A stretch of 64,000 nt of DNA, taken from NCBI GenBank assembly GCA_963664195.1, contig OY760907.1, positions 64,001-128,000 on the forward strand. Direction: 5' to 3'. The position numbers were made by a program, and so were the translations under genes. This DNA is from an uncultured candidate division Zixibacteria bacterium. GTDB taxonomy: Bacteria > Zixibacteria > MSB-5A5 > GN15 > FEB-12. A model generated the notes under the pieces. That model did no database searches and was not told the origin of the DNA. It saw only the letters and a program-made list of their open reading frames with translations. Of this stretch, positions 57,537 to 64,000 are shown piece after piece. The stretch's first letter is position 1. Each line of letters begins with the position of its first letter.

Positions 57537-59819
57537 CTACGGGCACGGCGGCAACGGGTCGAGCGAGATGAACAGATGGTCGATCAACACCGTAAGATCG
57601 CCCATCGTCACTTCGTGGCCCGGTATCAAATCCATATTAGCTTCATCAGGACAGCACAGTGGCTCCAGACTGATAAACAGGTGGTCGATCAAGACAGTAA
57701 GGTCACCCATGGTAACAAAATCTGCGACGTCGCAATCAACATTCCCGGTCATACCGCGACAGCATTTGTTCCTGTCGATATCATACAGACCGAAACAGAC
57801 CAGATGTTTGCCGGTAACGTCGACACGACCAAAGGTCTGTATTGTCTCGGTAGCTTTGGCAGCGATCAGATGCATCTCATCGCCCCAGAAGATGGGTCCC
57901 TCCATGAGGTGGAATTCCATGAACGATCCAAACTTAATCTTGAAGGTGGGTTCGTCGACCACCTGCATTGAAACGGATTCGATCGTTGGAAGCCCGGAAC
58001 CGGCATCGTACCCGACAACCACGACTCCTCCACCGGTTATGGAAGCCCTGCCTGAAGGTAAATCGTTGTTCAGAACCAACACCGACACATCGGGGTCACC
58101 GATATAGTTGTAGTCGGCCGTGACCTGAATCGTACCCGAGGGTTCCTGGTACACGCCTACGCCGCTCATCACTTGCATGCCTCTGACGCCAGACAGCTCA
58201 CCGGCAATCTTGAACTTGATTCCGGCGCTGTCGGTGTTCATGTCGACGTTCAACAGGCTCATGCTCATGCCCTGTGAACCATCGTCACCAATCAGACGAA
58301 TACCGTCCATACCTCCGCTGCCGATATTGCAGACCATAGTCGTGTCACCGACGCTGTCGACATCGGCGTTGCCCAACGGCGCATCAGCGGTGTCGGGAAT
58401 CTCGCCGATACTTGTTGCGCAGCAGGTTGGCACCGGGTAGGTCGGTGAACCACAGCTAACGAAGTCTCCCGCGGTTACGAAAAGTGCGCAGTTCATAATC
58501 GCTACATCTGCAGAGTCGAGAGCGCAGTCACCGTTGAGGTCACCCTCAAAAAGCGGTACTCCCACAGTATCCCCGCCGAGGGACACGATGCTTATCAGGA
58601 GGGTTAAGTCGTCCACATTCACGCCACCCATTTCGTTGAGGTCTCCCGTTGCCCAGCATAGCTGTCCGCAGGGATTGGGCGTACAATCGGTGCCATCACC
58701 CCGATAGTCGCCTGCGGCAGCGATACAGTCGGCCTCGCTCATGATTGAGCAGGAGTCATCCTCACAACAAGCTCCCATACACAATCCGTCAGAGCACGTC
58801 GTCCCGTACCCTTTGAAATCACCGCCCATTGTGCTGCAATCAGCCTCTGTTGTGAGATCACAGGACGTTCCCAGACAACAGGCACCCGCGCAGAAGTTGG
58901 GATCACACTCAGTGCCTGTCCCCAGGTATAGCCCGCCGGAGGTCGCGCAGTCTTCCTCTGATTCGATTGAACAGGTAACACCGTCGCAGCAAGCTCCGAC
59001 ACACGGATTGGGTGTGCAGTAGGTACCGTCACCCAGATACTCGCCGCCGGCAGCGAGGCATTCAGCCTGGGTTTCTATCGAACAGGAATCCCCCTGGCAA
59101 CAGGCCCCTCCTTCATCGTCCGCCATGGAGTTGTACTGCCCGCCGGTCAGAAGGCAAAGGTGTTCAAAGAAGATGTGATCCGGGATAGACTTCGACAAAG
59201 GCTCGTCGGTCTCGACGTCATACTCATCGGCAGATTTTGACAGTGCGCCCCAGTAGCGAGCGTTGACTACGATACTGTCCGGGTGCACGGCCAGTTTATC
59301 CGTAACCTTACGCTCCCAGGACTCGTCATCATACGGCGGGCCAACGCTGCTGTTGGGACCGTCACACTCTCCTCCACTACTGTTTTCCGCTCCGTCGGAA
59401 CTCACAAACAAGGTGCGATCATCGGTCGGGTAGTAGTGTCTCAGCGTATCTGCGGCGGCACACATTGACTCTGCCAAAGGTGTAGATCCGGAGCATCCGC
59501 TGTATGATAGGCCCTCGACGACATCCCGCGCCTCCTGATAGCCTACGAATCCGACTGTGAGTTTCTGAAACGACGTCCCGTGGAACGTCCAGACGGCCAG
59601 GTGTTTCGTCGCGGGCTGGCTGGCAAAAAAACGGTCTATATCCGCCAGAGCGGTGTCTTTGGCGTCGTGACACCGCGTCTCCCCGGTCTGCGGTCTGATC
59701 GCCCCCATAGAGCCGGTTCGGTCAATCAGGATGATACCGGCCGTATCGGCGTGCAACGACGGGGCGAACAGGGCGATTGACAGTACAAAAGTGCATCCAA
59801 GCACTGCTAACATCTTCAT
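57537..59819 (-). CDS. Secreted protein: vWA domain, 4 Cys-rich GACC repeats, two dockerin-like domains
   Basis: Signal peptide; IDRTGSM MIDAS-like motif, STPLA, SDG; GDLNE/GDLNGD loops; C-terminal GNVDC..TMGDLTVLIDHLF twice. Confidence 0.8.
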   Translation of the reverse strand: MKMLAVLGCTFVLSIALFAPSLHADTAGIILIDRTGSMGAIRPQTGETRCHDAKDTALADIDRFFASQPATKHLAVWTFHGTSFQKLTVGFVGYQEARDVVEGLSYSGCSGSTPLAESMCAAADTLRHYYPTDDRTLFVSSDGAENSSGGECDGPNSSVGPPYDDESWERKVTDKLAVHPDSIVVNARYWGALSKSADEYDVETDEPLSKSIPDHIFFEHLCLLTGGQYNSMADDEGGACCQGDSCSIETQAECLAAGGEYLGDGTYCTPNPCVGACCDGVTCSIESEEDCATSGGLYLGTGTECDPNFCAGACCLGTSCDLTTEADCSTMGGDFKGYGTTCSDGLCMGACCEDDSCSIMSEADCIAAAGDYRGDGTDCTPNPCGQLCWATGDLNEMGGVNVDDLTLLISIVSLGGDTVGVPLFEGDLNGDCALDSADVAIMNCALFVTAGDFVSCGSPTYPVPTCCATSIGEIPDTADAPLGNADVDSVGDTTMVCNIGSGGMDGIRLIGDDGSQGMSMSLLNVDMNTDSAGIKFKIAGELSGVRGMQVMSGVGVYQEPSGTIQVTADYNYIGDPDVSVLVLNNDLPSGRASITGGGVVVVGYDAGSGLPTIESVSMQVVDEPTFKIKFGSFMEFHLMEGPIFWGDEMHLIAAKATETIQTFGRVDVTGKHLVCFGLYDIDRNKCCRGMTGNVDCDVADFVTMGDLTVLIDHLFISLEPLCCPDEANMDLIPGHEVTMGDLTVLIDHLFISLDPLPPCP
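58668..59108 (-). repeat. Four tandem 37-aa Cys-rich repeats (GACC-x4-C-x7-C-x3-GG-x-Y-x-GDGT-x-C-x4-C)
   Basis: Visible in translation; 111-bp period. Confidence 0.9.
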
Positions 59820-59883
59820 AGACTCCTCCTTTTCCGCAAGCTCCCGGTGCAGGTTGGTTACGTTTTGGTTTATCTCCGCTTGT

Positions 59884-62064
59884 TCATGGACAGGCCGGCA
59901 ACGGGTCGAGCGAGATGAACAGATGATCGATTAGAATTGTCAAATCGCCCATCGTCACCTGACCATCGCCGGGACCGTCAAGATCGGACTCCTCGAAGCA
60001 GACCAATGGAGCAAGCGAGATGAACAGATGATCCATCAGGCGCGTTAGGTCAATCATGGTCACAAAATCGTCCATACTGCAGTCCGTGTTGCCCGTCATT
60101 CCTCGACAGCAGAACTCGCGTTCGACATCGTACAGACCGAAACAGACAAGGTGCTTACCTGTGATATCGACCCGATCAAAGGATCTGATGGAGTCTGTCG
60201 CGTTGGCCGCAATGAGGTGCATTTCATCTCCATACATCGTCGGACCAGCGGTCAGCTCGAACCTCATCCGCGAACCGAACTGGATCTTGAATGTAGGCTC
60301 TCCCGTGGGTCTCATGAATACGTCATCGATGGTCGGCAGACCAGCACCGTCGTCGTAACCTACGGCGACAACTCCGCCGCCTGAAACAGAATACTGTCCA
60401 CTGATCGCGCCCTCTGAGAACACTCTGATCAACACTTGGAGATCACCTATGAAGCTGTAGTCCGCAGTAACCTGTATAGTACCGGACGGTTCCTGGTAGA
60501 CTCCGACTCCACTCATCACCTGAATGCCCTTCTTGCCGACTATTTCCCCGGCGATTTCGAAATTGATGGCTGCATTATCCTGATCGAGGTCAACGTCTTT
60601 TAGCTTCATGGACATGCCGTTTGAACCGTAAAGGCTCCGCATGCGAATTCCGTTATCCCCGGTCTCATCAATGTTGCACACCTGCGTAGTATCACCGACC
60701 GAGTCTATGTCTCCTTCTCCAATAACTGTGTCAATGACCCGATCGGGGGGGAACACGACAATCGGATCACAGCAAGTGGGCACAGGATATGACGGCGCAC
60801 CGCAAGACAACCAGGTCCCTTCCTGGTTGGCATAACACCAGAGTATAAGTAAATCCGTCGTATCGACAACGCAATCACCGTTGACATCCGATCTGAAGAG
60901 CGGGATTCCCACAACATCGTGTGTTACATAGAGTATCTCCGTCAGGAGGGTGAGATCGGACATGACAACAGAACCGTCACCGTCCACGTCTCCCGTGGCG
61001 TAGCAGACGCTCTCACACGGATTGGGAGAGCAATCTGTGCCGTTGCCTTGATACACACCGCTGACACCAGCACATGCTGATGGAGTCAGGATAGAGCAAT
61101 CGCTGCCGACACAGCAGGCACCTTCCGGCACGTAGCACGGATTGGGGGAGCAATCGGTGCCGTCTCCCTGATACGTACCACCGACTGAGCTGCAGGAAGC
61201 CGCCGTACGGACGGTGCACGTACTGCCGACACAGCAGGCACCTTCCGGCACGAAGCACGGATTAGGAGAGCAGTTGGTCCCGTCTCCCTGATATACGCCG
61301 CCGACCGCAGCGCATTCGGCCTGAGTCCGAATTGAGCAATCATCGCCCTGACAGCAGGCACCGGGAATAGCAGGACCGTCACCCAGCCATCGATACTTCC
61401 GCTCAAGCATTGCCTCAAAAGGGTCAGGCGGGTCTGAGTCCAAACATACGTCCGGGCCACATTCCACGTTGTCTCCCAGATACTCGCCACCAGCTTCGAG
61501 ACACCCCGCCTCTGTCATAATCTGACATGAACCGACAAAACAGCAGGCGCCCTGGACCGGATCGCCCGGAGAACGCACATTAACCCTTACGTTACCCTCC
61601 ACCTCCGAGATCAGATCGCCGCGCACCCGGTCTCCGTCTCGACAAATCACATACAGAACGCCGCCTCGTCCTGAATCCCTTCCCTTCAGCGCAACCGATG
61701 CGCCTCGGACGTCTCCCGGTTCCAGCATCCTTTCCCCGGACTGACCGCAACTGAGGCGATCCAGGGCTGCAAGCGCCTCTTCCCTGACCACAAACCCATC
61801 GGTAACGACCTCCGACCCAGGCCCGGCGGAAACCCATATCGCGATGCGTGCCCCTCCGGTCTCACCGTCAAAGAACTGATCGATGGAGGCTCGTACAGCA
61901 TGTTTTGCCGCGAGACAGTAGCTCTGCCCTTCTCCGGTCTCAACGGCCCCATCCAGCGCTGACTGCTCTATCAGGATGATCCCAGATGTGGCAGCCAGTG
62001 ATTCTTGAGTGACAATTGCGCTCAAAGAGACGAGCACACAGAAGAACATTGATAGAAGTTTCAC
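59884..62064 (-). CDS. Paralogous secreted protein: degenerate vWA-like region, Cys-rich repeats, dockerin-like domains
   Basis: GTG 62064 after GGAGGGAG; shares QVMSGVGVYQEPSGTIQVTADY and TGKHLVCFGLYD with neighbour. Confidence 0.8.
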   Translation of the reverse strand: MKLLSMFFCVLVSLSAIVTQESLAATSGIILIEQSALDGAVETGEGQSYCLAAKHAVRASIDQFFDGETGGARIAIWVSAGPGSEVVTDGFVVREEALAALDRLSCGQSGERMLEPGDVRGASVALKGRDSGRGGVLYVICRDGDRVRGDLISEVEGNVRVNVRSPGDPVQGACCFVGSCQIMTEAGCLEAGGEYLGDNVECGPDVCLDSDPPDPFEAMLERKYRWLGDGPAIPGACCQGDDCSIRTQAECAAVGGVYQGDGTNCSPNPCFVPEGACCVGSTCTVRTAASCSSVGGTYQGDGTDCSPNPCYVPEGACCVGSDCSILTPSACAGVSGVYQGNGTDCSPNPCESVCYATGDVDGDGSVVMSDLTLLTEILYVTHDVVGIPLFRSDVNGDCVVDTTDLLILWCYANQEGTWLSCGAPSYPVPTCCDPIVVFPPDRVIDTVIGEGDIDSVGDTTQVCNIDETGDNGIRMRSLYGSNGMSMKLKDVDLDQDNAAINFEIAGEIVGKKGIQVMSGVGVYQEPSGTIQVTADYSFIGDLQVLIRVFSEGAISGQYSVSGGGVVAVGYDDGAGLPTIDDVFMRPTGEPTFKIQFGSRMRFELTAGPTMYGDEMHLIAANATDSIRSFDRVDITGKHLVCFGLYDVEREFCCRGMTGNTDCSMDDFVTMIDLTRLMDHLFISLAPLVCFEESDLDGPGDGQVTMGDLTILIDHLFISLDPLPACP
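61015..61362 (-). repeat. Three tandem 40-aa Cys-rich repeats (120-bp period); fourth copy near 61443-61551
   Basis: ACAGCAGGCACC recurs at 61111, 61231, 61351. Confidence 0.9.
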
Positions 62065-62212
62065 AACTCCCTCCACTTTGAATAATGCCCCGTTGAATCT
62101 TCGAAATGTGTTAAATGATGCCGCAAGACGCATTAGCGTACTGCAGACAGCCCACAAACAAACAGCCGGCCATGAGTGATTGCTTCTCGAATGATGTCAG
62201 ATTGACACCAAT

Positions 62213-62241
62213 AGAATACAATGCGAGCCACTCTTTGTCAA
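62213..62241 (-). promoter_or_regulatory. Putative sigma70 promoter for the secreted-protein pair
   Basis: Minus strand TTGACA-N17-TATTCT. Confidence 0.6.
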
Positions 62242-62309
62242 GTGCAAAATAGCTGGTGACGTCTACTAATCAATGACCGAATGATTGAGACGATCTTCAA
62301 AGCCAACAT

Positions 62310-63152
62310 CTAGCGGTACGGCTTGAAGATGCGACCTCCAAGAGCCACCAGAAGATAGAGGGCACCGGCCAGAAGAATGATGGTCGACCCCGATGGAAGG
62401 TCCGGGCCAAAACTCACGGCCAACCCGGCGACTGACATCACCACACTGATTGCACTGGCCAGTACCATTGTTTGCCAGAGAGTGCGCGTGAAATACCCGG
62501 CCGTGGCAACCGGCAGAGTCAGCAGCGCTATCACCATGACGATCCCCACGACATTGACCAGAATGACAACGGTCAGAGCAGTGAGGCACAATAGCAGGAG
62601 ATAGAAGAATTCTACGTTAATGCCTCTGATACGGGCAAACTCTTCGTCAAAACAGACCGCGGACAGCTTGTTGTAGAACAAGAATGAGATCAATACGACA
62701 CACAAATCGAGAGCGCCAATGAGGTACAGATCGGTGACGTTCACCATGAGGATGTTTCCGAACAGGTAACTCATAATGTCCTGATTGTAACCGGGGGTCA
62801 TGGAAATGAATACCACGCCAAGTGCCATGCCTATTGCCCATACCGCACCGATCACGGTGTCCTCTCGCTCTCTTGACCTGAGCGACACAAAGCCGATAAC
62901 CACCGCGGCCAACAGAGCCGCCACGAGAGCGCCGTGGAGGGGCTGAAGCCAGGACCATCCCTCGACCACAGACAAGTAGCGTGCCAGCCCCATACCTCCC
63001 AGGACACAGTGAGCGATACTCCCGGCGATGTAGGTGATACGTCGCGTGACAACATACGTCCCCACCACACCACAGGCAACGCTCGCCAGCACGCCCATCA
63101 GCAGCGCATTCATCAGGAACGGATGCTCGGTTACAGCCCGGAGGAATTCCAT
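62310..63152 (-). CDS. znuB: Zn/Mn ABC transporter permease (ZnuB-like)
   Basis: GSIAHCVLGG, SYLFGNIL, FDEEFARIRG, DLPSGSTI. Confidence 0.9.
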   Translation of the reverse strand: MEFLRAVTEHPFLMNALLMGVLASVACGVVGTYVVTRRITYIAGSIAHCVLGGMGLARYLSVVEGWSWLQPLHGALVAALLAAVVIGFVSLRSREREDTVIGAVWAIGMALGVVFISMTPGYNQDIMSYLFGNILMVNVTDLYLIGALDLCVVLISFLFYNKLSAVCFDEEFARIRGINVEFFYLLLLCLTALTVVILVNVVGIVMVIALLTLPVATAGYFTRTLWQTMVLASAISVVMSVAGLAVSFGPDLPSGSTIILLAGALYLLVALGGRIFKPYR

Positions 63153-63179
63153 CAGCGACTTGTACCTTTCGGCAACCTG

Positions 63180-63953
63180 TCAAGAGTCATTCTGCTCCCG
63201 CCTCTTGTCGTGATTGTGCAAATCATGACGAACCATGCGTACCGGTGATCCGTAGACATCGCTGAGCGAACCTGCCTTGATATCCGCCGTAGGGTGCATC
63301 GCCACCGTCCGGTTGACACACACGACATGTTCTACGAAGTCCGACACGAAGGCCGGATCGTGCGAGACCATGACAATCGTAAGCCGCTCATTCAACCGCT
63401 TCAGCAGATTGTACAACTCGCTCTCAATCTGTTTGTCAAGATTGGCGGTCGGTTCGTCGAGGACCAGCAATTCCGGTTCCGAAGACAGGGCACGAGCAAT
63501 GAGCAGCCTTCTCTGCTGACCTCCGGAGAGTTCGCTGAGGCGTCGCCGCTGCTTGTCAGCCAACCCCACCGTCTCCAGGGCCTCGATAGCGGCCCGTTTG
63601 TCATCGGTCGTGTACGGCCCTGGGATCAGGCCACGGCTCAATCGCCCCATAAGAGCGACATCGAGTACATCGACCGGAAACCGCTGGTCAAGCTGCGCGG
63701 CCTGAGGCATATATCCCAGCCGCAAACGTCCCTTCGGAGCCGACTGGCCGAATAGTCGGACTTTCCCGCTGCGTGGTTTAAGTAGCCCCAGCATAAGTTT
63801 TACCAGCGTGGTCTTGCCGCCACCATTGGGTCCGACAATCCAGATGAACTCACGTTCAGTGATCTTCAGGTTAACGTTTTCGAGCACCGTCTCGCCGTTA
63901 TACCCGAAGGAGACTTGATCCAATGAAACAACCGGCTGCACGTCCATACTCAT
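63180..63953 (-). CDS. znuC: Zn/Mn ABC transporter ATP-binding protein (ZnuC-like)
   Basis: GPNGGGKTT, GYMPQ, LSGGQQRR, LDEPT, VSHD, His-rich tail. Confidence 0.92.
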   Translation of the reverse strand: MSMDVQPVVSLDQVSFGYNGETVLENVNLKITEREFIWIVGPNGGGKTTLVKLMLGLLKPRSGKVRLFGQSAPKGRLRLGYMPQAAQLDQRFPVDVLDVALMGRLSRGLIPGPYTTDDKRAAIEALETVGLADKQRRRLSELSGGQQRRLLIARALSSEPELLVLDEPTANLDKQIESELYNLLKRLNERLTIVMVSHDPAFVSDFVEHVVCVNRTVAMHPTADIKAGSLSDVYGSPVRMVRHDLHNHDKRREQNDS

Positions 63954-64000
63954 CGTCCTCCGGTGTTTCCTCTGATCGGAGATTTATCCGCAAGTGCCCC
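63950..64000 (-). CDS. 3' end of upstream CDS (probably the metal-binding protein)
   Basis: Open frame GALADKSPIRGNTGGR* ending in ATGA overlap with znuC; identity inferred from context only. Confidence 0.4.
   Translation of the reverse strand, partial: GALADKSPIRGNTGGR

Noticed and set aside
61015..61362. CRISPR array or non-coding tandem repeat
   Set aside because: In-frame 120-bp coding repeats with no unique spacers; no cas genes

Overview
Bacterial chromosomal window, GC-rich, from a diderm organism (TolC genes, lipoproteins). C-terminal 'CC..GNVDC...VTMGDLTVLIDHLFISL' dockerin-like tails suggest a Zixibacteria-like lineage (inference). In order: (1) 5' part of a CcoI/FixI-type P1B ATPase running off the left edge, and a GNAT; (2) a 7-gene, 15.5-kb export operon combining ABC-2 and RND parts (ABC ATPase, permease/M1-like/golvesin-like giant protein, TolC, MFP, RND, RND-ABC ATPase fusion, ABC-2 permease); (3) tricorn-like S41 protease divergent from tldD-pmbA; (4) GTAG-type REP cluster; (5) N-glycan utilisation locus (GH130, CBM9-like, SSS, GH38, PNGase F-like, GH20); (6) two tandem chemoreceptors with different sensor domains sharing an apparently identical 1256-bp 3' block; (7) PAS-LuxR regulator, PgsA-like protein, solute-binding-domain-TolC fusion, lone receiver; (8) heterodimeric multidrug-type ABC pair behind a leader peptide/terminator/antiterminator; (9) archaeal-type gatE-gatD; (10) Na+-pumping methylmalonyl-CoA decarboxylase operon convergent with methylmalonyl-CoA mutase; (11) two Cys-repeat/dockerin-like secreted paralogs; (12) Zn/Mn ABC transporter. 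I saw no rRNA, tRNA, CRISPR array or transposase. Best candidates for novelty: the RND-ABC hybrid exporter, bacterial GatDE, and the attenuator. All calls come from motif reading by eye; no searches were run.
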